A DNA stretch of 64,000 nucleotides, taken from positions 32,001 to 96,000 of the forward strand of contig BTUM01000003.1 in assembly GCA_045863235.1 (NCBI GenBank), in the 5' to 3' direction. The DNA is from Candidatus Xenobia bacterium (GTDB taxonomy: Bacteria; Vulcanimicrobiota; Xenobia; Xenobiales; QWHO01). Positions within the stretch are counted from its first letter, which is position 1; every line of letters begins with the position of its first letter. This document shows, in pieces, positions 46,411-55,464 of the stretch. The position numbers and the translations under genes were made by a program. Below the pieces are notes generated by a model. That model made no database searches. It was not told the DNA's origin and saw only the letters and a program-made list of their open reading frames with translations.

Positions 46411-48659
46411 GCCGGCGGCACGAAGTCCCGGAAGCTCTCGGTAAAGATGCGCTCGAGATATGCCTTGTCGGTGCCGTCGAGGTAGATCTTGGTCTTGGCG
46501 TCGGTTCCCGAAGGGCGCACGCAGAGATCGCGCAGCTTGCCTCCGGGCGCGAACCAGAACTGCAGGCCGTCTGACCAGAGGTCCACCCGCTCGAGCCGCT
46601 TCCACTCCTCGGCCATCTTCGGCATGGCGGTGGCCAGCTGCGAGCGCATGGCCTCGATCGGCTGGCGCGCCAGCTGCTGGAAGAAGTCGTTGTAACGCAC
46701 CCGCTCGGCGATGCCGGCCTTCTTGGCTTTAGCCAGCTCGTCCGGATCGAAGATGGCCTCGTTATAGTGCACCTTGTCGCCCCGGGTCTCCATCGGATTG
46801 GCGATGCCGTTGTGCAGGAAAATCTGCTCGAGGTAGGTGTGCAGATAAGCCACCTTCTGGTTCCAGAGCCGGCTGACCAGCACCACCGCCGAGACACAGG
46901 CCTCCCCGCTCGACTTCTCGCGCATGGCCAGGATCTGCTGGCCCAGCACGTTGGGCACCGGCTGACGGGGGCCCCCGATCTTGCCACCCGACTCCTCCCC
47001 GGCGTGGTGCAGCTTGGGATGGGCCCCGATCACCACCGTCTCGCCCAGCTCCGTGGTCACCTGAGCCGGCTGGCCGGGGTGCTTGACCATGGACTCTTCC
47101 ACCTGGCGGTTCACGGCGGCGATCTCCTTGAAGCCCACCGGCACGCGCACCACGGGGATCTTGTGGAAGGCGGCCCACTCGTCCCAGCTCAGGGCCGAGA
47201 CGTAGGTGTGCACGTCGAAGTTGGAATACTCGTTCCAGAAACCCTCGTCCACGGCCGTGGCCCGGTCGTTCTCGGCCAGCATCAAGAAGAACTGGTTGGG
47301 CGAATAGATGGCAAAATGGCGATCCTGGCCCAGGGGGAGGTGGAGGATGCCCCAGCGATCCAGGGCCGCCACCTCGCTGGCCGGCACCACCTGGCCGGCC
47401 ACGAAGCGGTCGGCGTCGGGGTCCACGTTGAAGACCACCTGGCCCAGGGGAGCGTCGGCCAGCAGCCGGTCGTAGCCAGCCGTCTTGACCACTCCGGGCA
47501 GGCTGGCGTCCACGCTGTCGTGGACCACTTCGTACTCCTGCGATCCCTTCTTCTGGCCGACCCGGAAGCCGATGTTGTGGAAGAATGGATCCTCTTCGGT
47601 GCGGATGTAGCCGCCCTGGAAGACCTGCTCGATGCCCAGCTCCTGGAGGAAGGCCGAGGTGGTCTTGTAGCCCGAGCCCCCGAAGAAATCGAGCTTGAGC
47701 CTCAGCCCGCTGTCGATGGCCTGGTGCACGTGCTTGAGGGCCTGGGCCGAGGCCGGGCCCATGCGCAGGTACTCGGCGTAGAGGCGGGCCATGCGAGAGT
47801 AGCTGAGGCGCCGCATCAGGTGGGGATCGTTCCGGGCCGACAGCTTGACGGTATAGCCCTCCTTTTCGATGGTCGCGAGCAGCTCTTCCAGGTGCTCGAC
47901 GATCCGAGCATACTGGGGCGGCAGGTACTGAGCCCCGTCGGGAGCCAGGATCTTGTCGCTCTGCTTCTGGGGCGCGCCGTGACTGGAAGTGAAGTAGTCC
48001 CCGCCCGACAGGCCCAGCATGTAGGTCAGGAAGCTCCAGACGAAAATGCAGCTGCTGTCGCCCGGCTTCTCGGTGAGGAAGACGTAGAGCCCGTTGGCGG
48101 CGTAGATGCGGCTGACCAGGTCCACGAAGCGCGGGGTGTTGGAGCGTACCTCGCCCCCCACGATGCGGACCGGGTTGGCCTCCACGAAGGGAAGAATGTC
48201 CTCCAGGGGGCGGTCAAACGTCTCCTCGATGGTGGCCGCGAAGGCCCCCAGGCGCGTTCGCACCTGATCCACCGCAAGGTGCGGGAAATCGCGCTCGCCC
48301 TGCAGCTCCTTGACCAGCCTGCTGAGGCACTCGGCCAGCAACGCGAACATGTACTCGTTGATTCGGTAGCGATGATCCCACGGGCAGAGCACGTTCTGGT
48401 TCTCCCGCACTCCAGCGGTGGAGACTTTGGCCTCCTCGGCGAAGGCGCGGACCTGCTCGCGCAACCCGATCTTCTGAGCCAGCTCGGGGGTAAAGCGGAA
48501 CTCGATTGGACCCTCTTGCTCGAGGGCGAACGGGGGATGCTGCTCGAACTCGAAGTGGGCCTTCTGCCAGGCCTCCATGCTGGCCCTGGTCTGGGCCAGG
48601 TAGTAGTCGCGCATCTCCTGGGGGGTCATCGAGGGGGTTACGGTGAGCGTCTCGGCCAT
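46401..48659 (-). CDS. Phosphoglucomutase/phosphomannomutase superfamily protein
   Basis: FTSSHG (phosphoserine loop), DPDADR (metal loop), VPVGFK, GEESGG, VRPSGT..KTKIY; AAGGAGG RBS. Confidence 0.82.
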   Translation of the reverse strand: MAETLTVTPSMTPQEMRDYYLAQTRASMEAWQKAHFEFEQHPPFALEQEGPIEFRFTPELAQKIGLREQVRAFAEEAKVSTAGVRENQNVLCPWDHRYRINEYMFALLAECLSRLVKELQGERDFPHLAVDQVRTRLGAFAATIEETFDRPLEDILPFVEANPVRIVGGEVRSNTPRFVDLVSRIYAANGLYVFLTEKPGDSSCIFVWSFLTYMLGLSGGDYFTSSHGAPQKQSDKILAPDGAQYLPPQYARIVEHLEELLATIEKEGYTVKLSARNDPHLMRRLSYSRMARLYAEYLRMGPASAQALKHVHQAIDSGLRLKLDFFGGSGYKTTSAFLQELGIEQVFQGGYIRTEEDPFFHNIGFRVGQKKGSQEYEVVHDSVDASLPGVVKTAGYDRLLADAPLGQVVFNVDPDADRFVAGQVVPASEVAALDRWGILHLPLGQDRHFAIYSPNQFFLMLAENDRATAVDEGFWNEYSNFDVHTYVSALSWDEWAAFHKIPVVRVPVGFKEIAAVNRQVEESMVKHPGQPAQVTTELGETVVIGAHPKLHHAGEESGGKIGGPRQPVPNVLGQQILAMREKSSGEACVSAVVLVSRLWNQKVAYLHTYLEQIFLHNGIANPMETRGDKVHYNEAIFDPDELAKAKKAGIAERVRYNDFFQQLARQPIEAMRSQLATAMPKMAEEWKRLERVDLWSDGLQFWFAPGGKLRDLCVRPSGTDAKTKIYLDGTDKAYLERIFTESFRDFVPPAQS

Positions 48660-48721
48660 GGCAGCGTCCTCCTTGCGAGTGAGCGAGGCTTGTTCGCTCG
48701 CGGTGTCGAAGATTCCCTGCC

Positions 48722-50206
48722 ATGCAGCTTCGTCCCGTGTCGTTCCAGGCTCTCCCGACGTCAGCCAGCCCGGCGGCCTCTCCCTCGGCCGATGAGGGAC
48801 TGGCCCTGGAGCGCCTCGGGGACGACCGCGAGGAGCTCTCCCGCCTCAAGCGGCTGGCCCCGCCGGGCGCCTCGCTGGGCGAGCTGGCCTGCTTCCACCG
48901 GATGGGCCGAAAGCAGTCGGACGATTCGCTGTCCGGCTCGCTGCAGTGGGTTCAGGGCGCCCTGACCACGAGCGGGGGCGCGCTGGGCAAACTGTCGAGC
49001 CAAGACCGGGTGGAGGTGCTGCGCACCCTGCTCCAAGCCCACCCGGGTCAGCCCCTGGAAGCCCGCTTCCCGGGCGGCGAGTTGAGCGAGTTGAGCAAGG
49101 AAGTGGGACGCTTCATGAACGGCGATGCTCACTGTCTGCTGGGCGAGCAGCGCTACATGGTGCCCCTGACCCAGCCGCGTCGTCCGATTACCCTGCCGCA
49201 GGCTGCTCGGGACTACGCCGGAGCCCTCGAGCGCATCCTCAAGTCCCCCGGCCGCATCGATCCCCAGATGCAGCCCGACGACCGCGAGTGGGCCCTCGAC
49301 TGCGTGCGCATCGAGAACGCTCACCTGCACCAGGACCCGGCTCGGGTGAGCCTGTTCCGCAAGCTGGTCAGCGCCTTCCAGGATCCGGCCATCGCCCACG
49401 TGGTCATGATGGAGATGGAGAGCCTGCCACCGGCCCGGCAAAGCAACTATCTCACGACTCTGCAACACGAGATGGTCGGACTGGGACCCCACGAGAGCGA
49501 CTGGGAGAAGACCCGCAAGGAGGGCGCCCACGTCAAGGGCCTGGCGGCCGGCGTGCAGCTGGTGATGCAGGTGGCCCGGCCCGAGGACGACCCCTCGGCC
49601 CTGCTCGCCGAGCTGCGCGAGCTGGCCCACCGGCCCGGCAGCGACGACGAGCTGATTCGCGGGGGCGCCTGGCGTGGCCCCGGCCAGAGCTGGAGCCAGG
49701 GCCTGCAAAACGACCCTCGCACCGGGCTCAAGCACGAGGACGACCTGCGCCTGGCCGAGGCCGTCTACCAGCGCTCCAACGCTCGGGGAGAAGAGCACGG
49801 CGAGTTGCTCGAGCAGGTGAAGGGGTTCAGCTTCCGTCTGCACGAGCCCAACTACCTGTCGGTGATCGTCCACGCTCTCGGGCTGGATGAGCCCCTCGAG
49901 CAGGGCCTGGAGCGCACCGTTCGCGAGTATGAGATGACCGGCAAGGTGGACGCCCTCTCCCCCATCCGCAAGGAGATCAGCCAGGCCCTGGCCTCGGGCG
50001 CCGTCAAGGGCGACCTGGAAACGCTGATGAAGCGCTACGAGCTGATCTACGTGCAACGCACAACCGGGGGCGAGAACAAGGAGAAGGCCCTGCAGTCCTC
50101 CCTGGCCGAGCTGCTGGAGGTAGCCCAGCCCGCCAGGAGCGGGGTGGTGCAGACCAACGGGGCGGTTTGGGTGGGGGGCGTGCGGGTGCGCAAGGCGGGG
50201 TCCTGA
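48722..50206 (+). CDS. Hypothetical helical protein with C-terminal GG-V-R motif
   Basis: 494 aa; Pro/Ala/Ser-rich N-terminus; ends SGVVQTNGAVWVGGVRVRKAGS. Confidence 0.75.
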   Translation: MQLRPVSFQALPTSASPAASPSADEGLALERLGDDREELSRLKRLAPPGASLGELACFHRMGRKQSDDSLSGSLQWVQGALTTSGGALGKLSSQDRVEVLRTLLQAHPGQPLEARFPGGELSELSKEVGRFMNGDAHCLLGEQRYMVPLTQPRRPITLPQAARDYAGALERILKSPGRIDPQMQPDDREWALDCVRIENAHLHQDPARVSLFRKLVSAFQDPAIAHVVMMEMESLPPARQSNYLTTLQHEMVGLGPHESDWEKTRKEGAHVKGLAAGVQLVMQVARPEDDPSALLAELRELAHRPGSDDELIRGGAWRGPGQSWSQGLQNDPRTGLKHEDDLRLAEAVYQRSNARGEEHGELLEQVKGFSFRLHEPNYLSVIVHALGLDEPLEQGLERTVREYEMTGKVDALSPIRKEISQALASGAVKGDLETLMKRYELIYVQRTTGGENKEKALQSSLAELLEVAQPARSGVVQTNGAVWVGGVRVRKAGS

Positions 50207-50314
50207 GCTCTCGGTCGCCAGACTCCGGCGCGACGCGATGATGGCCAGATCCTCGACCAGGGCTCCGAGCTGACGGGCGGGAACCCGGCTAGACTGTGGG
50301 GAAGGGCTCTTTTC

Positions 50315-50713
50315 ATGCTTCGCTGGAGCGATTGGCTTGGACAGTCTGAGCGGGAATTTGCGGCAGCCGATTGCCTGCTTGCCGGTGGGCACTATGCCTG
50401 GTGCTGCTTCACTTGCCAGCAGGCAGCTGAAAAGTCATTGAAGGCCCTTCTCGAGAGGCACGCGGCCGACCACGGCGGGCATAACCTGCGCGAGCTTCTC
50501 GGATCGGTGGAAACTCGCTACCAGCCGCCCGGCCAGGTGCGAGCTGCCTGCCGCCGGCTAACCAGGCACTACATTCCAACCCGCTATCCTGATGCTCACC
50601 CCTCCGGCATCCCGGCCATGCAGTACGATCAGGAGGACGCTCAGGAAGCTCTGGAGGACGCCCGTGCAGTCTTGGACTTTGCCCGAGCTCAATTACGCCC
50701 CCCTGCGCCCTAA
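50315..50713 (+). CDS. HEPN domain protein
   Basis: WL.Q...F..A......HYAWCCFTCQQAAEKSLKA, GHNLRELL, HYIPTRYPD. Confidence 0.9.
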   Translation: MLRWSDWLGQSEREFAAADCLLAGGHYAWCCFTCQQAAEKSLKALLERHAADHGGHNLRELLGSVETRYQPPGQVRAACRRLTRHYIPTRYPDAHPSGIPAMQYDQEDAQEALEDARAVLDFARAQLRPPAP

Positions 50714-50726
50714 GCTTGAAGCCTTC

Positions 50727-51113
50727 ATGACCGAGCTTGCGGCCACCTTCCCCGACGAGGTGGACTTTGTGGTGCTCTTCGGCTCGGCCGCCCGTCAAGA
50801 AGCCGGGCGCGGCAGCGATCTCGATCTGCTGATCGGATTGACCCGAGAGTCCTCCGAGCGTTTCCTCGAAAGGCTGGAACGCTTCAATGATCTGGCTCCC
50901 GGGGTGGAAGTCTTTCCTTACACTCCGAGCGAGCTCGCCCTGATGCGGCAACAACTGCACTTTACTTTGCTGGAGGCGGCCGATCACGGTCGCGTGCTCT
51001 TTGACCGCGGCTCCTGGCAGGCATTGGCCAACGAGCTTCGCAGCCTGGTGGAATCGGGGGATGTGATCAGGATTCCGGGCGGCTGGCATCGTCCGATTCT
51101 GCTCAAGGACTGA
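50727..51113 (+). CDS. Minimal nucleotidyltransferase (MNT) partner of HEPN
   Basis: VVLFGSAARQEAGRGSDLDLLI, VEVFPYTPSE, HGRVLF. Start may be the TTG at 50679. Confidence 0.87.
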   Translation: MTELAATFPDEVDFVVLFGSAARQEAGRGSDLDLLIGLTRESSERFLERLERFNDLAPGVEVFPYTPSELALMRQQLHFTLLEAADHGRVLFDRGSWQALANELRSLVESGDVIRIPGGWHRPILLKD

Positions 51114-51230
51114 GCAGCATTCAGCCGGGGAAACGAAACCGCGTGAATCCGCCACACGCCGTCGCCCGTTGAATCGCAGGGAACTCGAGTCGCAGGAGGC
51201 CATCCTCCCGGCCCGAAACAGCCTCAACCG

Positions 51231-52880
51231 ATGTCCAACGGAAGAATCCCCGTCCACTTCAACGGGGAAACCTATCAAGTGCCGGAGGGCACCTCGATCG
51301 TCGAGGTTCTGGGGCAGATCTACGTCGACGAGCACGGCGTGCTGGCCGCCACCCTGAACAACCACCTGGTCTCCCTGCACACACGGCTGGACGGTGAATC
51401 CTACCTGCAAGCCGTCACCGCCGAGCACCGGGAGGGACAGGAGATCTTGCGGCGCACGGCCGCCCACATGCTCCAGTACCTTTGCCAGACTCACTTCCCC
51501 GGGGTCCGTCTGACGGTGGGACAGTCCTTGCTGGGAGGCTACTTCTACGAGGTCGATAGCTCCGAGCCGGTCAATCTGGAAGCCATGGCATCGCGCCTGA
51601 CCACCCTGTTCCAGGAGCTCGCCGAGGCCGATGTGAGCTTTCGTCACAGTGTCGTCTCGGTGGAGGCGGTGCCCACCCGGGTGGAGGATCCCTACGGCTA
51701 TCGCAAAGGTCTTCTGCGCGCCTGGGCCAGTGCGGTGGTGCACCTGATCAGCCTTGACGGCTTTACCGATCTGCAGCATGGACCCTACGCCCCCACCACC
51801 CGACACGCCAAAGGCTGCCGTGTCATCGCCTATCCGCCCGGGCTGATCCTGCTCTTTCCGGGCTCGGTGATCACCTCGCCCATCCCCTGCGGCGTCGACT
51901 CTCGCCGCCTCTACGAGGCCTACCGCGAGACGCGCGACTGGAACCGGCTGGTGGGTGTGACCTCGGTGGGCGATCTGAACGCCGCCAGCCTCGAGGATCG
52001 CATTCCCCAGGTCGTGTTGATGGCCGAGGCCCTGCACGAGAAGAAGCTGGCCGAGATCGCCGACACCGTGACCGCCCTCGAGCAGACTCCACGCATCGTC
52101 TGCGTGGCCGGTCCTTCCTCCTCGGGCAAGACCACCTTCGTGAAGCGACTGGCGGTGCAGCTGCAGGTCAACGGGCTGAGGCCCATTCTGGTCTCCCTGG
52201 ACGACTACTACCTCGACCGCCAGCAAACCCCGCGCGATGAGCACGGCGACTTCGATTTCGAGACCATCGAGGCCCTCGACCGTGCCCTGATCGCCGAGCA
52301 GGTGGCCGCTCTGGCAGCTGGCCAGCCAGTACGGCTCCCTCGCTTCGACTTCGTACTCGGCCAGCGTAAGAACGAAGGGCTGGAAGTGCAGCTGCGGCCC
52401 CAGGACGTGCTGGTGCTGGAGGGAATCCACGCCCTCAACCCCGAGCTCTTGCCCGGGGTGAATCCCTTCCGCATCTTCGTTTCGGCTCTCACCCAGCTGG
52501 TGATCGACGAGCGCAACCGGGTCTTCACCTCGGACGCACGCCTGCTGCGCCGCCTGGTGCGCGACCGGCGCTACCGGGGCACCTCGGCGGCCGAGACCAT
52601 CGAGCGCTGGCCCAAGGTGCGAGCCGGCGAGGAACGCTGGATTTTCCCTCACCAGGAGCGGGCTGACGCCATCTTCAACTCCACCCTGGTCTACGAGACC
52701 ACGGTGCTCAAGCCGTTTGCCTGGCGCTACCTGCTGGAGGTGCCTCGCAGCCACCCTTCCCGGGTGCGGGCCTACGAGCTGTTGCACTTCCTGGACCTGT
52801 TCGTGCCCGTCTTCCCGGACCGAATTCCGGCCAACTCGGTGCTGCGCGAGTTCATCGGCGGCAGCGGATTCGAGGAGTGA
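51231..52880 (+). CDS. Uridine/nucleoside kinase family protein with TGS/ThrRS-like N-terminal region
   Basis: VAGPSSSGKTT Walker A, SLDDYY, LEGIHALN, RLLRRLVRD, IFNSTLVYE, SVLREFIGGS; N-terminal RRTAAHML and GYFYE are ThrRS-like. Confidence 0.9.
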   Translation: MSNGRIPVHFNGETYQVPEGTSIVEVLGQIYVDEHGVLAATLNNHLVSLHTRLDGESYLQAVTAEHREGQEILRRTAAHMLQYLCQTHFPGVRLTVGQSLLGGYFYEVDSSEPVNLEAMASRLTTLFQELAEADVSFRHSVVSVEAVPTRVEDPYGYRKGLLRAWASAVVHLISLDGFTDLQHGPYAPTTRHAKGCRVIAYPPGLILLFPGSVITSPIPCGVDSRRLYEAYRETRDWNRLVGVTSVGDLNAASLEDRIPQVVLMAEALHEKKLAEIADTVTALEQTPRIVCVAGPSSSGKTTFVKRLAVQLQVNGLRPILVSLDDYYLDRQQTPRDEHGDFDFETIEALDRALIAEQVAALAAGQPVRLPRFDFVLGQRKNEGLEVQLRPQDVLVLEGIHALNPELLPGVNPFRIFVSALTQLVIDERNRVFTSDARLLRRLVRDRRYRGTSAAETIERWPKVRAGEERWIFPHQERADAIFNSTLVYETTVLKPFAWRYLLEVPRSHPSRVRAYELLHFLDLFVPVFPDRIPANSVLREFIGGSGFEE

Positions 52881-52884
52881 TTTG

Positions 52885-54060
52885 ATGACCACCGTCGTCC
52901 TGCACGATCCGCAAGTGGCTCGCAACTTTCCCGTGCAGCTTCCGCTCGACAGCGTGGGCGCTTCGCGAGCCAATACCACCGGCTGCAAGACCTGCGGCAG
53001 CCCGCTCGAGGAAGTCTTGATCACCACCTTCAGCAGCCCTGTCTGGGACGAGTGGCCTCTGGCCGTGGATGGCTGGAGCTGCCGCACCTGCCAGAGCCTG
53101 CAGCTGCCTCGCTTTCTGGAGGCCGAGGAGGTCGAGCGGCTGAGCTCGGAAGGGGCCCAGGCCGTGCGCTCGGGCCACTTTGCGGAAGCCGAGCTGGCCT
53201 TCCGCCGCATCTGCAACAGCTGGCCCCGCTACGGGCCGGGCCGTGAGAACCTGGCCCGGGCCCTGCAGTACTGGCTGGCCCACGAAGAGGAGTCAGGCCG
53301 GGAAGCGCTCGTGAGCCGGCTGGCCGGCGAGATCGAGCGCCAACTGCGCGACGCTCTGGAAGGCGACGGCCTGGCTTCGCGCCTGTCGGTCGTGTCCGGT
53401 CTGGTCAACTGCCTGCTGCGCCGCGAGGACACGGCTGCCGCCCTGGCCCTGCTCGCCCAGGAGCTGTCGCGCCCCGAAGCCGAGAGCTCAAAGCTCCAGG
53501 AGCTGCGGGTCTGGGTCGAGGACCGGGGCGACCTTTACCATCGCGGGGTGGCCCTGCTCGAGCCTCGCATCGCGCTCCACGAGCGTCCTCAGGATGGCGG
53601 CCAGGCTCAGATCAAGCAGGGCATCGCGCTGCTCGAGCGTCACCTCGAGGCTGCTCCCGAGAACTGGCCGGCCATGTGGTTCGCGGGCAAGGGCTACCAG
53701 GCCCTGGGCCAGAACGAACGGGCCCTGGAGCATTTCCGGCGCTGCCTGGCCCTCAAGGCCGACCAGAGCGACGTGGCCCGCGAGTGCGCCATCACGCTGA
53801 TGAAGCTGGGTCGCTTCGCCGAGGCCATCGAAGTCTCGCGCCAGGCCTGCCAGAGCGAGCCCGGAGAGGGCGGCCTGCAGGCCAACCTGGCCATCGCCTG
53901 CCTGCTGGGCGGTCAGCTCGAGCCGGCTCTGGAGGCTGCCCGCCGGGCAGTCGAGCTGGATGGCTCGGACGCGATCAGCGCCAGCGTGCTCAAGCTGGTG
54001 CAGGACGTGCGCGAAGGGCGGCTGCCGCCACCCACCTCGGCCGCCCAACTGGGGTTCTAG
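52885..54060 (+). CDS. Zinc-finger + TPR repeat protein
   Basis: CKTC...CRTC; TPR units (WFAGKGYQALGQNERALEHFRRCLALK; LMKLGRFAEAIE; ANLAIACLLGG). Confidence 0.82.
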   Translation: MTTVVLHDPQVARNFPVQLPLDSVGASRANTTGCKTCGSPLEEVLITTFSSPVWDEWPLAVDGWSCRTCQSLQLPRFLEAEEVERLSSEGAQAVRSGHFAEAELAFRRICNSWPRYGPGRENLARALQYWLAHEEESGREALVSRLAGEIERQLRDALEGDGLASRLSVVSGLVNCLLRREDTAAALALLAQELSRPEAESSKLQELRVWVEDRGDLYHRGVALLEPRIALHERPQDGGQAQIKQGIALLERHLEAAPENWPAMWFAGKGYQALGQNERALEHFRRCLALKADQSDVARECAITLMKLGRFAEAIEVSRQACQSEPGEGGLQANLAIACLLGGQLEPALEAARRAVELDGSDAISASVLKLVQDVREGRLPPPTSAAQLGF

Positions 54061-54265
54061 AGGCCCCCGAGAGCGTGGACCGGACTTCCAGTTAGCGATT
54101 GCCTGGATCCAGGCAGTCTGCACAGCCCTCCGCGAAGGAGTTTGCCGCCAGATCGGACCAGCGAGTTCAGCCTTCAAACTGACTCAAAACAGATCCCCGA
54201 CCGACACATTCTGGAAGTAGAATCGGCTGGTGCGCAACAGCTTGATCTACTTGGATTGTTCTTCG

Positions 54266-55225
54266 ATGGGCTCTGCCGTGCGGCGACGGAAGCGCTGGCT
54301 GGCAGCGCTCGTGCTGCTCGGATTGATCTATTTGGTGGTCAGCCTGATCGACCTGTATCGAGGCCCGTTGCGGCACCGCCCTCTTCAGGTCGGCCACAAC
54401 GCCGTCTGGCTGGCCCACCGGTTCTTCGACGACCGCGACCGCAACAAGGTCAGCGGCCTCGAGTTGCGGGAACTGGCTGGGCGCGTGAAAGAGCACAACC
54501 TGGAGTATCTCTTTGTCCACGTGGGACCGCTCGACTCCCAGGGCGCCATTCCATCCTATCGGTCCGAGCATTTCCAGCGGGTGAAGTCACAGGTGCCCGG
54601 GACGCGTTGGTTGGCATGGGTGGGTGGACTCAACGCAGACTTCGAGGGACGCGCCCAGGATACCGTGGACCTGACGTTGCCCGAGACACGGACCGGAATC
54701 GCCCGAACGGTCCGCGAGCTCTATGCGGCAGGCTTCGACGGCATCCACTACGACATCGAGCCGGTTCGTGACGGCGATAGGAGCTTTCTGGCTTTGCTGG
54801 ATGAGACTCCCCGCGACGGCATTCTGTCGGTGGCCACGCCTCACATGCGGCCCCCGGGAGCCTGGCCCGTGCCTCCGTTCGAGCGGATGTGGACCGCCGG
54901 CTACTACGGCGAGGTGTCCCGGCGCTGCGATCAGGTCGTCTACATGGGCTACGACAGTGCCCAGCCCTCCGCCGAAGCCTACGCCCGCTGGATGCGCTGG
55001 CAGGTGCTCTCGCTCAAAGCCTGCCTGGAATCGCAGGAACTGCTGATCGGCGTTCCGACCTACGATGAGGAGAGCACGCTGGTGCACAACCCGCAGGCGG
55101 AGACACTGGCGGCCGCGTTGTGGGGTATCAGCTCAGCCGGCCCGGTTGATGGCGTGGCCCTGTATGCTCACTGGACCACGACTCCCTCGGAATGGGACAC
55201 TCTGGCCGGCTTTCGCGGGAAATAG
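54266..55225 (+). CDS. Membrane-anchored GH18-like TIM-barrel glycoside hydrolase
   Basis: N-terminal TM helix; GFDGIHYDIEP (variant of DGxDxDxE); VYMGYD; IGVPTY. Confidence 0.75.
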   Translation: MGSAVRRRKRWLAALVLLGLIYLVVSLIDLYRGPLRHRPLQVGHNAVWLAHRFFDDRDRNKVSGLELRELAGRVKEHNLEYLFVHVGPLDSQGAIPSYRSEHFQRVKSQVPGTRWLAWVGGLNADFEGRAQDTVDLTLPETRTGIARTVRELYAAGFDGIHYDIEPVRDGDRSFLALLDETPRDGILSVATPHMRPPGAWPVPPFERMWTAGYYGEVSRRCDQVVYMGYDSAQPSAEAYARWMRWQVLSLKACLESQELLIGVPTYDEESTLVHNPQAETLAAALWGISSAGPVDGVALYAHWTTTPSEWDTLAGFRGK

Positions 55226-55464
55226 ACCCTCCTGGCCGGAGCTCGTGCCTGGGCAGTCTTTACCGGTTCTGACCCGGTACCGCCCTGATTCCGGCGTATA
55301 CCCCGGAGTCAGCCCGGTACCGGGAGATTACTGCGTAAACTCCTCGGATTTCCGCGTGACTGCTTACGGACTCAACCCCCGATGGTACGTGGCGGGCCAG
55401 TTTTTCGAAGAAAGTACACAACTTCTCCATCCCCGGGCGAACCGCTCCGCCTATACTGCCACCC

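Noticed and set aside
50207..50314. Possible toxin-gene remnant on the minus strand (QLGALVEDLAIIA)
   Set aside because: Too short to support by eye.
50409..53216. 935-aa minus-strand ORF (likewise 46767-48965 +, 34839-36791 -, 58642-60555 +, 10465-11988 -, 48761-50392 -)
   Set aside because: They lie opposite better-supported genes. Long stop-free antisense frames are expected with high-GC codon bias, and the translations carry no motifs.
54097..54118. Palindrome GATTGCCTGGATCCAGGCAGTC
   Set aside because: Single short hairpin without a U-tract or second copy; no function can be assigned.
55226..55464. Intergenic stretch with several short palindromes (CCGGTACCGG, CTGATTCCGG...CCGGAGTCAG) as a possible ncRNA or gene remnant
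   Set aside because: No recognisable RNA family motif or convincing reading frame; such palindromes are common at this GC content.
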